Shown here: one piece after another, positions 1-8,894 of the stretch
Layout: each line of letters opens with the position of its first letter
Numbering within the stretch: the stretch's first letter is position 1
NCBI GenBank assembly: GCA_946625925.1
Contig: CAMOTP010000002.1
Span: 1-35,806 of the forward strand
Source of the DNA: an uncultured Alphaproteobacteria bacterium
GTDB taxonomy: Bacteria; Pseudomonadota; Alphaproteobacteria; Rs-D84
DNA length: 35,806 nt
Direction: 5' to 3'
The notes under the pieces: generated by a model
Seen by the model: only the letters and a program-made list of their open reading frames with translations
What the model was told of the DNA's origin: nothing
The model's database searches: none
Translations under genes and position numbers: made by a program

Positions 1-52
1 ACAAATATTTTTCAGTATTATAAACAGGAATAATAACACTAATTTTTGGCAT
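1..52 (-). CDS. glycosyltransferase family 2, N-terminal fragment (gene continues past the left window edge)
   Basis: The reverse-strand ATG at 52..50 reads MPKISVIIPVYNTEKYL, a typical GT2 N-terminus. It lies 1 nt after the TGA (56..54) of the upstream GT2 gene. It is absent from the ORF track because the window edge truncates it. Confidence 0.6.
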   Translation of the reverse strand, partial: MPKISVIIPVYNTEKYL

Positions 53-53
53 A

Positions 54-917
54 TCATATCCATTTAATTTTGAATAAAGGGATAAATTCAAATAAATAAA
101 CCGTATTGTTTTTTACCTTTAATAATGGTATTCGCCATAAACGGAGTCTGAAACGTGTGCCCGTATTTTTACTGATCCTTAACCAATTTTTACAATATGC
201 GGGATACCTATTACAAATATCCAAACGTATTGCTTCACGATTTCTGTTCATTATATTTTTTTGAGAATGGGTCGTGTTTCCATCAAATGCACGATACTTA
301 ACAAGAACATCTTGGATACAATAAAAGTGGGTTTTATCCATTAATCGATTCCATAATTGATAATCTTCGCATGGGGTAAAAAATTGTTCGTATCTGATAT
401 TATTTTTATCTAAAACAGATTTACGTAGCATCGATGCAGTATGTGGAAAATAACAGTTGTCAGTAAAGGCACATCGTATTTCATGATCAAATTCAGGACA
501 TTTGTGGATAAATCCATCGTTTTTACATTGGAAAAATTGTAAAAAACCACTAACAGCACCAATTTCTGGATTTTTGTCTAAAATTTCAACCTCGCGTTCC
601 AGTCGCGATGGTAATGATATATCGTCGTGATCAAATATAGCGATGTATTCACCGCGCGCCATATCCAGTAATTTATTACGTGATGGGGTTATCCCCATAT
701 TTTTATCGTTTTTAGAATATTTAATACGTTTGTCGTGTTTTGCGTATTCTAATACAATATTTTCAATTTCTTTATTGTCAGGACTGTCGTTCAAAATTAA
801 AAATTCAAAATCCGCAAAAGTCTGATTCTGTATAGATTCAATCATTTCCCGTAAATACTTGTGGGGCGTATTATATATTGGTGTTAAAACAGAAACTTTC
901 AGTGCTTTTGCTGGCAT
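54..917 (-). CDS. glycosyltransferase family 2
   Basis: 287-aa ORF. The N-terminus VSVLTPIYNTPHKYLREMIESIQNQTFADFEFLILNDSPDN and the FDHDD (DxD-like) motif are typical of GT2 (GT-A fold) enzymes. Confidence 0.85.
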   Translation of the reverse strand: MPAKALKVSVLTPIYNTPHKYLREMIESIQNQTFADFEFLILNDSPDNKEIENIVLEYAKHDKRIKYSKNDKNMGITPSRNKLLDMARGEYIAIFDHDDISLPSRLEREVEILDKNPEIGAVSGFLQFFQCKNDGFIHKCPEFDHEIRCAFTDNCYFPHTASMLRKSVLDKNNIRYEQFFTPCEDYQLWNRLMDKTHFYCIQDVLVKYRAFDGNTTHSQKNIMNRNREAIRLDICNRYPAYCKNWLRISKNTGTRFRLRLWRIPLLKVKNNTVYLFEFIPLFKIKWI

Positions 918-1010
918 TTATTAACCTTTTATACAATTCCAATAAAAGTGTAAAATAATAATAACAAAAAAGCAACCGCTAAAATGTCAATAATATACAA
1001 AATGACCAAT

Positions 1011-1044
1011 AAAAAATCCCGGTTTTGCCGGGATTTTTGTTTTT
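1011..1044 (-). terminator. rho-independent terminator (A-tract/hairpin/T-tract, usable in both directions)
   Basis: Hairpin cccgg(1018..1022)-ttttg-ccggg(1028..1032), flanked by aaaaaa upstream and atttttgttttttt downstream. It sits directly after the stop of the 1045..1194 lipoprotein gene. Confidence 0.7.
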
Positions 1045-1194
1045 TTAGCAACCGCCAGTCGCATTGCCAATAATTTTAGAAATAGAAATATCTTTATGTA
1101 ACAAGAAATGATATTCACAATTCCCAGATTTATATGAACCTGTGCATGCCGCCAATGTTAATACAGCAAATAAAGCCAATATTACTTTTTTCAT
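1045..1194 (-). CDS. small lipoprotein (49 aa), not in the ORF track
   Basis: Reverse-strand translation gives MKKVILALFAVLTLAACTGSYKSGNCEYHFLLHKDISISKIIGNATGGC. It has a signal peptide and an L-A-A-C lipobox. A strong SD (aaggag) lies 5 nt upstream of the ATG, and a terminator follows immediately. Confidence 0.7.
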   Translation of the reverse strand: MKKVILALFAVLTLAACTGSYKSGNCEYHFLLHKDISISKIIGNATGGC

Positions 1195-1259
1195 TTTTTC
1201 TCCTTTTTATATATATAGAACATACCAAGACTACAAAAAATAGGAAAGTCTGGCAAGAA

Positions 1260-1601
1260 CTAAAAAGCATTTTTTGCCCAATAAATTTTCAACCCGCACA
1301 CAGCAATAACATCAAAACGTGCACTGCCAATCCACCGCGTTTTTGTTAAATAAGTATCTGCAGCATTGCGTAATCTTTGAATTTGTGTTGGTGATATCGC
1401 GTCCCATGCAGATTGTAAATCGGGACGATGTTTGACTTCTATAAAAACAATAGTGTTTCCACGCCTTGCTATAATATCAATTTCTGCACGATTGGTATAT
1501 TTGCCGGTAATATAACGTGATTTTACTATTTTATACCCATGTAATCGCAAAAACATTCGGGCATACCATTCTGATAAAAGACCAGTGTAATAAGTATTCA
1601 T
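1260..1601 (-). CDS. yraN: YraN family (UPF0102) endonuclease-like protein
   Basis: 113 aa. The segments GYKIVKSRY...EIDIIARRGNTIVFIEVKHR match the YraN/UPF0102 PD-(D/E)xK-like core. The start overlaps the upstream stop (TAATG at 1599..1603). Confidence 0.8.
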   Translation of the reverse strand: MNTYYTGLLSEWYARMFLRLHGYKIVKSRYITGKYTNRAEIDIIARRGNTIVFIEVKHRPDLQSAWDAISPTQIQRLRNAADTYLTKTRWIGSARFDVIAVCGLKIYWAKNAF

Positions 1602-2473
1602 TAAAAAGCATAAGGTTTTGCACGGAAATTATCGCGTGATTGTTGAACAGATTTATTTTCGTCTTCTACGTGCCGGTTTTCGTCAACTAACACCAATGCC
1701 CCGGCATAAGCGGTCATTTTTGGGTCGTATGCATTGGTTGACATTATCCACTGATCGTTGCCAGAATTTGGCATTCCATATTTTTTTACAACAGTTTTCC
1801 AAAATGCCAACATTTTTTTATCACGTTGATCTGCGAATTTTTGATTTCTGCCAGGGACCTCATCAGCATCATTTTTATATTCAATTTTATACACCAAGTT
1901 ATCAGTTGCATTACTGGTAAAAAACAAATTAATTTTTTCACCGGTTTTTGCACGTTCCAGATGAACCACAGATATATACAATAATCCACGACTACGTGCC
2001 AACCCATTGATACATTTTTTCAATTTATTTGGTTGAATAACACCGGCTTGTCTGCATTCATAATCTAAATTATTTTTCCAATCTGCTGGAATATCATAAA
2101 CCAAACTGCCTTTCTTAATAGGACGATATAAATTCCCCCAGTTGTTATACAGGTTATACACATCATCAAAAGACATGCCTAACATAAATCCTGCAATATC
2201 AAAATCTTCAACATTAACCAGGCCAGAACCAGGATTTAACGTTGAACTGCTAACATCAACAGGTTCTGAATCCGTCGCAGAATCATCAGAATCAGCAAAC
2301 GCAATATCAGAATTTTCTTCAACTGAAAAATCATCGGTATCATAGGTTTCTTCGGCATAATCTGTATCGAATTCATCGTCCATAAAATCAAAAGAATCGT
2401 CTGCACCGGCGGATATTGGTGTCCAAGAAATTGTCAAACCCAAAATAATAAAAAACAATTTTTTTAACAACAT
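1601..2473 (-). CDS. hypothetical exported protein with acidic N-terminal region
   Basis: 290 aa. It has a Sec-type signal peptide (MLLKKLFFIILGLTISWTPISAGA) followed by about 60 residues very rich in D/E/S/T. I recognise no family for the remainder. Confidence 0.6.
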   Translation of the reverse strand: MLLKKLFFIILGLTISWTPISAGADDSFDFMDDEFDTDYAEETYDTDDFSVEENSDIAFADSDDSATDSEPVDVSSSTLNPGSGLVNVEDFDIAGFMLGMSFDDVYNLYNNWGNLYRPIKKGSLVYDIPADWKNNLDYECRQAGVIQPNKLKKCINGLARSRGLLYISVVHLERAKTGEKINLFFTSNATDNLVYKIEYKNDADEVPGRNQKFADQRDKKMLAFWKTVVKKYGMPNSGNDQWIMSTNAYDPKMTAYAGALVLVDENRHVEDENKSVQQSRDNFRAKPYAF

Positions 2474-2483
2474 ATCATTCTCT

Positions 2484-3137
2484 CTAATTTCTGGTCACAC
2501 TTAATACTTCAAAATCAAAAGCACTCAGAGGATCTTCGCCATGTTTTAATAACGATAATGTTTCTTTGGTGGCATTAACATGTATAGGTGTTTTTGTCAC
2601 GTCCACATATAACTGTCCGCGTTTTAATTCTGGTTTTGCTAAAACATCATTAGGCTTTGTCCATGTACGCAATTCATAATGAATAACCAAATTACCACTT
2701 TCATCCGGGACAATTTTATCAACATGAACAAACCGCAAGAATTTTTTGCCGGACATTTCCACAATTTCTGGGGCAACATTTTGTTTCCAATCATTATATA
2801 CCGCGGGGTGATTTCTGGCCAAACCGTATAATGCAGTAATAGTCCCATCTGTATTTTTAAATTCTGTACGGGCAACAGCATTTTGCTCATAAGGCAGAAC
2901 GTAAAAATATTCATTTACAAAACGTGTCAGAATCATTTCACGTAACACATGGTCTGGAATATCGTCTGCTGATACAGGCGGAGATACTCGCAAATCCGAA
3001 CGCATATCCTGTTCAAAGAAAAATGTATCAATGGTATGTTTGCCTTCGGCATCATATATTGCACCAGAAAAGAACACCAATCCCAACATGGCGATTAAAG
3101 TCAAAAATCCGCAAAATATTAAAACTGATTTTTTCAT
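2484..3137 (-). CDS. bitopic membrane protein, VirB8-like (NTF2-like periplasmic domain) candidate, copy 2
   Basis: 217 aa with a single N-terminal TM helix (VLIFCGFLTLIAMLGLVFF). HVLREMILTRFVNEYFYV resembles the VirB8 'yv..rE.y' helix, and the C-terminal DPLSAFDFEVLSV resembles the terminal NPLGFxV motif. This was assigned by eye only. The start overlaps the upstream stop (TAATG at 3135..3139). Confidence 0.4.
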   Translation of the reverse strand: MKKSVLIFCGFLTLIAMLGLVFFSGAIYDAEGKHTIDTFFFEQDMRSDLRVSPPVSADDIPDHVLREMILTRFVNEYFYVLPYEQNAVARTEFKNTDGTITALYGLARNHPAVYNDWKQNVAPEIVEMSGKKFLRFVHVDKIVPDESGNLVIHYELRTWTKPNDVLAKPELKRGQLYVDVTKTPIHVNATKETLSLLKHGEDPLSAFDFEVLSVTRN

Positions 3138-3832
3138 TAATTCATCCTGTATGTGTTAAAGTCCTGGATATAATATCCCATTGTTTTTGGGTATTCTACA
3201 CTGTCAAATCCGACAGACGCATACCCCATAAAACGAATTGTTTCTATACCAGCCCGAACGGTAATAATTAATTGCCACATACCACCATCGTGGGTGATAG
3301 AATCCATAGAATCTAAGGGCTTTATTGATACTGATTCCACAGACCAAGTTATTGGTTCTTCTGCAACAATTTCAGAATAAGTTGGTAATACAACTTTTTC
3401 AAAATTTTCAAATACCAATGCATCACAAGCGCAAGAAATCGCACATGTGTCCACATTATCACCACCATTATCACGGCATTCTTCGGAACTGTGTTCACAG
3501 GCGGCCCAACGTGCTTGATTATCTAACACATTATCAGAAACAGTAAACCAATTTTTTGCAAATTTATTCAATAAAGATTCTTGCAAAACATAATATGCGG
3601 GAATTTGTGTTTTGTGGTCATTATGCGCAATCATCGTCCAACGACCACCATAAGAATTAATAGAAATCAAAAATGGACTGACATCTTGAGTTTTTTTAAC
3701 CCATAAAATCATACCACACAGACAGACAATAATGAAAAACAAAACCATCACGACCGTTCCCATAAAACGTGATACAGCGACATGTTTCCCCTCTGGAAAT
3801 GCAGGCGTATTAAAATCGTCTGGATATTTCAA
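3137..3832 (-). CDS. bitopic membrane protein, VirB8-like candidate, copy 1
   Basis: 231 aa with a short cytoplasmic N-terminus and one TM helix (VVMVLFFIIVCLCGMILWV). KKTQDVSPFLISINSYGG parallels VirB8 'KQTEPYVIRVDNATG'. The C-terminal YPKTMGYYIQDFNTY parallels 'NPLGFQVSEY'. Size and topology match VirB8. Confidence 0.45.
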   Translation of the reverse strand: MKYPDDFNTPAFPEGKHVAVSRFMGTVVMVLFFIIVCLCGMILWVKKTQDVSPFLISINSYGGRWTMIAHNDHKTQIPAYYVLQESLLNKFAKNWFTVSDNVLDNQARWAACEHSSEECRDNGGDNVDTCAISCACDALVFENFEKVVLPTYSEIVAEEPITWSVESVSIKPLDSMDSITHDGGMWQLIITVRAGIETIRFMGYASVGFDSVEYPKTMGYYIQDFNTYRMN

Positions 3833-3863
3833 TGCAATCCCCCATTGTTATTCTTTGTGGATT

Positions 3864-4010
3864 TTATGCTTGATATACCATGATGCAAGCACAAGGACTC
3901 AACTTTAATTCGTTATTGTCATAACCAACACCAACCGGTTCACGGTCATAAACCTGACCGCATCCAGCCAATGCCAAAACAACGAAAAATCCAAGTAAAA
4001 ATTTCTTCAT
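3864..4010 (-). CDS. small lipoprotein (48 aa), VirB7-like in size and position; not in the ORF track
   Basis: Reverse-strand translation gives MKKFLLGFFVVLALAGCGQVYDREPVGVGYDNNELKLSPCACIMVYQA. It has an L-A-G-C lipobox and a purine-rich SD (gggggaaagga) just upstream. It lies immediately upstream of the VirB8-like gene. Confidence 0.6.
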   Translation of the reverse strand: MKKFLLGFFVVLALAGCGQVYDREPVGVGYDNNELKLSPCACIMVYQA

Positions 4011-4039
4011 AATCCTTTCCCCCATTTTATACAATTTTA

Positions 4040-4068
4040 TTATTAAAAAAATTCATAGATTCCGTCAA
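4040..4068 (-). promoter_or_regulatory. possible sigma70-type promoter for the lipoprotein/VirB8-like operon
   Basis: On the minus strand: ttgacg (4068..4063), a 17-nt spacer, then taataa (4045..4040). It sits between the bamA stop and the lipoprotein ATG. The -10 element is weak. Confidence 0.3.
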
Positions 4069-4077
4069 GACATATAT

Positions 4078-6348
4078 TTAAAATTGTGTTTCAAAAGATA
4101 ACAAGAAACGTCTTTCTTTATCATTTTTATCAATTTTTAACGGCCAACCCCAACTGAAATTCATTGGACCCATTGGGGTGTTCCAAAATACACCAAAACC
4201 GGCTGATGTACGCCACCCAGAACCAATTTCATCCAAATATGCCTCGTGTTCATGACCCTTTGGGGTGTCAGGGTCACCCAAAATACCATAATCTGTAAAT
4301 ACAAAACCTTTGACCTGGTATTCATCTGGAATAAATATAGGGAAATTTAACTGTGTTGAACCGTTGACCTTCCACAATCCACCCAATGAATAAGAATCAC
4401 GACGAATACGTCCAACACCAGCAACATCAAATCCACGCAATGTTTCACCACCAAGGAAATAACGATAAACACGTGGAATATAACAATCGTCAATTTTACC
4501 CAGATAACCACCTTCAATGGATGTTTTTAATTGCCATCTGTCATCCCAGAATTTAACCATTGCAGTTGCATCACCATAATAACGCATATAAGTTGCCGTT
4601 CCGCCAAACCCGGTATATGTCACACCCAAATTACTAACAATACCGGTATGGGTATTCTGTTCAAAATTTGTATCCAGATTATAATAACGGAAATTTGTTC
4701 CCAAAGAATACAAACGTGCCTCGACCATACCTGTTCCTTGTTGTGGATCACTATTTTGGTCGAATGCCGCAGACAATCGCATCGTTTGTGACCAATGGTC
4801 CGTCAAACGCCACCCCAATCGACCCGAAATACTCAAAGAATCACGATTATAATCGTACCCGGTCAAACTTTCATAATCATACATTGTATATGCCACATCA
4901 AATCCGGCAGATAACGCACGACCAAACAAATATGGTTCTGTGAAACTGAATAATGCCTGCTTTTGATATTGCGCCCATGAACCCTTGATTTGTACAACCT
5001 GACCGCGTCCCATAAAATTGTTTTCAGTTATTCCCGCATCGACCATAAATCCGTTAATATTAGACCAACCAACACCACCAGACAATTCACCGGTTGGTTG
5101 TTCTTCTAATTGGACATCTAAATTCATCATATTTGCATCCGCCAGACGTGATGGCACCATTTGTACATTTTTAAAATAACGTGTGTGCATCAAATTTTGA
5201 CGACCTTCTTCGATTGTTTGTAATGAAAAAGGGTCCCCAGCGCGCATAGGCAAAGATTGTTCTATAACATTATCAAATGTGCGCACATTCCCCAAAATGT
5301 TAATAGAATTCAAATATATACGATTTGTTTTTTCAATTTTGAATTGCAGCGATACGGTTTTATTTTCATCGTCTTTGACAGGTACCGGTTCGACAGTAAT
5401 AAATGCATAACCATAATCAGCAACAGCACCACGCAGTGCAGAAACAGTTTCATCAACTTTATCGATATTATAAGTATCACCTGAATCCATTTTTACAAAG
5501 TCATACAATTCTTCGGTTGGAACATCTGGAAACGGATTATCAATCGTTAATTTTCCAAACTTATATTTTTCGCCTTCGGAAATATTAAATGTGACAGAAT
5601 AATATTCACGATCTGGGGTAAATTTACCTTTGGCACCTGTGACATTTGCATCAATATAACCATTACGCATATAGAATTGACGAATTAATTGTTGATCATA
5701 TTGAATTCTATCCTCGTCAAACACATCAAATTGGGTTAATATGCGCCACCACGCATGTTCGCGTGATAAAATCGCACCACGCAAAGTCCGTGCACTGAAA
5801 TGTTCATTACCAGTAAAATCAATATCAGAAATATATGTTGGATGACCTTCGGTTATTTCATATACGACATTCACACGATTATTTTCCAGTTCAATTTTTT
5901 GTGGATCAATTTTTGTGCCGAAAAAGCCTTTGCGTTGATATATTGTCAGCAATCTTTGGACATCTGCACCGATAACGGATTCATCATATGCCGAACGTTC
6001 TTTTAATCTGATTTCTTTTTTCAAATCATCTGTTGAAACTTCGTCATTACCTTCGACAGTCACCTGTGATACAATTGGCGATTCTGTTACATTTATGCGC
6101 AAAACATTTCCAGACATAGACACATTTATATCTGAAAAATACCCACTGTTTTGTAATTTTTTTGTAATTTCGTTTGTGCGTCCCTGGGTAATATTTTCAC
6201 CGATTTTAACACCTGCCAAAATACGAATGGATTCAGCGTCCATACGTTTTGCACCGTTCACATCAACACGTGAAACCGTTGCGGCAAAAACCGGAAACAT
6301 CACCCCGATAAAACATGCCCCAGCAAAAATGTATTTTTTATCAATCAT
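4078..6348 (-). CDS. bamA: outer membrane protein assembly factor BamA
   Basis: 756 aa with a signal peptide, POTRA-like repeats, and a C-terminal Omp85 barrel ending ...RRFLLSFETQF with a terminal Phe. The rseP-bamA synteny is conserved. Confidence 0.95.
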   Translation of the reverse strand: MIDKKYIFAGACFIGVMFPVFAATVSRVDVNGAKRMDAESIRILAGVKIGENITQGRTNEITKKLQNSGYFSDINVSMSGNVLRINVTESPIVSQVTVEGNDEVSTDDLKKEIRLKERSAYDESVIGADVQRLLTIYQRKGFFGTKIDPQKIELENNRVNVVYEITEGHPTYISDIDFTGNEHFSARTLRGAILSREHAWWRILTQFDVFDEDRIQYDQQLIRQFYMRNGYIDANVTGAKGKFTPDREYYSVTFNISEGEKYKFGKLTIDNPFPDVPTEELYDFVKMDSGDTYNIDKVDETVSALRGAVADYGYAFITVEPVPVKDDENKTVSLQFKIEKTNRIYLNSINILGNVRTFDNVIEQSLPMRAGDPFSLQTIEEGRQNLMHTRYFKNVQMVPSRLADANMMNLDVQLEEQPTGELSGGVGWSNINGFMVDAGITENNFMGRGQVVQIKGSWAQYQKQALFSFTEPYLFGRALSAGFDVAYTMYDYESLTGYDYNRDSLSISGRLGWRLTDHWSQTMRLSAAFDQNSDPQQGTGMVEARLYSLGTNFRYYNLDTNFEQNTHTGIVSNLGVTYTGFGGTATYMRYYGDATAMVKFWDDRWQLKTSIEGGYLGKIDDCYIPRVYRYFLGGETLRGFDVAGVGRIRRDSYSLGGLWKVNGSTQLNFPIFIPDEYQVKGFVFTDYGILGDPDTPKGHEHEAYLDEIGSGWRTSAGFGVFWNTPMGPMNFSWGWPLKIDKNDKERRFLLSFETQF

Positions 6349-6349
6349 A

Positions 6350-7408
6350 CTAATTTAATCCAAATACCCGTGCTATATCATTCCACATAGTAAGCAACAT
6401 TAACCCAATAATTAAAATCCAACCACAGGCAAAAGCAATTTCCATGGCTTTGCCTTCCAATCTTTTACGCGTAATAAATTCTATGATTAAAATCAACAGG
6501 AATCCACCGTCCAACACAGGTAATGGCAACAAATTCACAACCCCCAAATTCACTGATAATAATGCGATAATAGACATAAATGCCCAAAAACCGATGGATA
6601 AAGCCTGACCAGAAACCTGGGCAATGGTTATAAATGACCCCAGTTGTTTAGATGAACGTTCGCCAGTAATGATTTGTTTTAACACGACCAATAAAGTCTT
6701 GGATTGATTATATGTTTCGCGCGCCCCCCAATATACGCCATCAACAAAACCTTTTTTACGCAATTCTGTTTTGCTGCCATCTGCAACCAATCCCCACCTG
6801 TCATCAGGGGATAATTTCACAGTAATAGTATTTGCACCACGCATTAATTCAACATTTGCATCATGTTTTGCTGCCAATTCTTTGGCCAGAATAATTTCAC
6901 CCCAGTTAGATATTTTTTTACCATCAATTTTAACAATAACATCGCCAGGTTTTACACCAGCATTAAACGCGACACTTTTTTGAATAACCTGACCAACAAC
7001 TGGTAATTGCACTTCGCGTGGATGAAACATAAACGCTGCAGAATATATAAACCATGCTAATACAAAGTTCATCACGACACCAGCGGCAATTATTATAAAT
7101 TGTTTCCATTTTGGTGCAGATAAATAATGACCTTGTTTTTTTCCTTCGTCTAACTCTTCATATTTTTTACGGTTAAACATATCTTCTTGACCGTATATTG
7201 ACACATATCCACCCAGTGGCAAACAAGCCAACTGCCATTGTGTGCCATATTTATCGTGCCATTTAATCAGGGCAGGGCCAAATCCAATAGAAAATTTATC
7301 AACGCGCACGCGTGCCCAACGTGCAGCCAAAAAATGTCCCAATTCGTGGATAAAAACCACGACACCCAAAACAATCATTAATGCAATAACAGTCATCACA
7401 ATATGCAT
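6350..7408 (-). CDS. rseP: RIP metalloprotease RseP (site-2 protease, M50)
   Basis: It has HELGH in the first TM region, a PDZ-like middle, and NLLPLPVLDGG near the C-terminus. The track ORF extends to 7480 and overlaps cdsA. The ATG at 7408 has the SD aggggga about 9 nt upstream, so I chose it as the start. Confidence 0.9.
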   Translation of the reverse strand: MHIVMTVIALMIVLGVVVFIHELGHFLAARWARVRVDKFSIGFGPALIKWHDKYGTQWQLACLPLGGYVSIYGQEDMFNRKKYEELDEGKKQGHYLSAPKWKQFIIIAAGVVMNFVLAWFIYSAAFMFHPREVQLPVVGQVIQKSVAFNAGVKPGDVIVKIDGKKISNWGEIILAKELAAKHDANVELMRGANTITVKLSPDDRWGLVADGSKTELRKKGFVDGVYWGARETYNQSKTLLVVLKQIITGERSSKQLGSFITIAQVSGQALSIGFWAFMSIIALLSVNLGVVNLLPLPVLDGGFLLILIIEFITRKRLEGKAMEIAFACGWILIIGLMLLTMWNDIARVFGLN

Positions 7409-7437
7409 TTTTTCTATTCCCCCTGTTAACCCCCAAA

Positions 7438-8088
7438 TTATGCCATCATCAACCAAACCAAAGGTAAGACATAAATCCAACCATCAAATCGGTCAATCAA
7501 TCCACCATGACCTGGTAAAATTGTTCCGAAATCTTTGATTCCTAGTTTGCGTTTAACCCAACTGGCTGTCAAATCACCATACTGGGACAGCAACGCAACC
7601 GCGATACCAACCCACAACAGTTCTGGTAAATAATTACCAACAACCAACGGTCCAAATGATAATGCAACAATCGCGCCACAAATAACACCAGCAATTTGTC
7701 CGACCCATGTTTTGTGTTCTGATACGCGTTCCCACATTTTATCAGCCCCAAATAACTTTCCGAAAAACCAAGCCCCAATATCCGCAGCACAAATAATGGA
7801 TAACAACAATAACATATTGGGCACACTGGCACCGACAAAATAAACGGCAGCAATCAGCATAATTAACCAAGCCAGAAAGAAAAAGAATAAAAATCCATGT
7901 GCAACAACATCTTCGCGTTTAGCATTAGACAGGCGATTAATCATTTCATACACCATGCCAACAGCAATAAATACCCCCAACCAACGAACAATATGAATGC
8001 CAAAATGTTCCATTACACCGGCAATACAAACGATGCCCAGCATTCCCAATGCCACCAATACGCGTTTTGTTGTTTCAGACATAATCAT
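7438..8088 (-). CDS. cdsA: phosphatidate cytidylyltransferase CdsA
   Basis: 216 aa and polytopic. It carries the CDS signature SWVKRKLGIKDFGTILPGHGGLIDRFD. The alternative ATG at 8082 is equally possible. Confidence 0.9.
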   Translation of the reverse strand: MIMSETTKRVLVALGMLGIVCIAGVMEHFGIHIVRWLGVFIAVGMVYEMINRLSNAKREDVVAHGFLFFFFLAWLIMLIAAVYFVGASVPNMLLLLSIICAADIGAWFFGKLFGADKMWERVSEHKTWVGQIAGVICGAIVALSFGPLVVGNYLPELLWVGIAVALLSQYGDLTASWVKRKLGIKDFGTILPGHGGLIDRFDGWIYVLPLVWLMMA

Positions 8089-8852
8089 TTACCCTTGTTT
8101 TTTCCAGAATAATCTTTCTTTTTTCCGCCACCAAATCTGCGATCGCGTCTAGAATATTCGTCCAGAATACCTTGCCATAATTTTTCTGATTTGACCAAAT
8201 CTGGCCAATGTTCTGGGACAAACAGCAATTCAGCATACGCCAATTTCCATAACAAGAAATTAGAAATACGACATTCATTACTGGTGCGAACCATCAAATC
8301 AATTGGCAATAAATCCCCAGTATCCATAAATGTTTCAAATGTTTCACGTGTGACATGTTCACCGTTGTCAATAGCAGCGTTTACAGCACGTACAATTTCA
8401 TCTTGACCGCCATAATTCAACGCAAACACAACAGTCCCATCAGTGTTTTCAGATGATTTTTCTTCTAATTCATCGCACAATTTTGCCAATTTTTTTGGCA
8501 ATCTATCACGTGAACCAATAACACGATAACGGATATTATGTTCCAAAGCATGTTTTAAATTTTTGTTTAATTCAGTATAAAATAAATCCATCAAGAAATT
8601 TACTTCTTCATCACTGCGATTCCAATTTTCCGTAGAGAAAATAAAAAACGTAATGGTCGTAACACCTTTTTTAATATACCAATCAACCATGTTTTCAAAA
8701 TTCGATATACCGGCCTGGTGACCTGCAAGTGGCGGTAAACCGCGATTTTCGGCCCATCTGCGATTGCCATCACAAATAAAAGCAATGTGTTGAGGAATTT
8801 TTTGAGGAACCACATCGTTTGTTTTTTTATCTTTCTTGAAAAATTTAAACAT
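8085..8852 (-). CDS. uppS: di-trans,poly-cis-undecaprenyl-diphosphate synthase UppS
   Basis: HIAFICDGNRRWA and the SNFLLWKLAYAEL motifs are present. The track start at 8861 is a GTG lying inside the SD. The ATG at 8852 is preceded by aaggtga plus 5 nt. Confidence 0.92.
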   Translation of the reverse strand: MFKFFKKDKKTNDVVPQKIPQHIAFICDGNRRWAENRGLPPLAGHQAGISNFENMVDWYIKKGVTTITFFIFSTENWNRSDEEVNFLMDLFYTELNKNLKHALEHNIRYRVIGSRDRLPKKLAKLCDELEEKSSENTDGTVVFALNYGGQDEIVRAVNAAIDNGEHVTRETFETFMDTGDLLPIDLMVRTSNECRISNFLLWKLAYAELLFVPEHWPDLVKSEKLWQGILDEYSRRDRRFGGGKKKDYSGKNKGK

Positions 8853-8894
8853 ATTCGTCACCTTGTGTTATAAAATGTTAAGTTTTATACAGTT

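Noticed and set aside
1601-2473. VirB9 identity for the 290-aa exported protein following the VirB8-like genes
   Set aside because: Size and signal peptide fit. However, the sequence has a poly-acidic tract and none of the beta-rich VirB9 N- or C-domain pattern that I can recognise.
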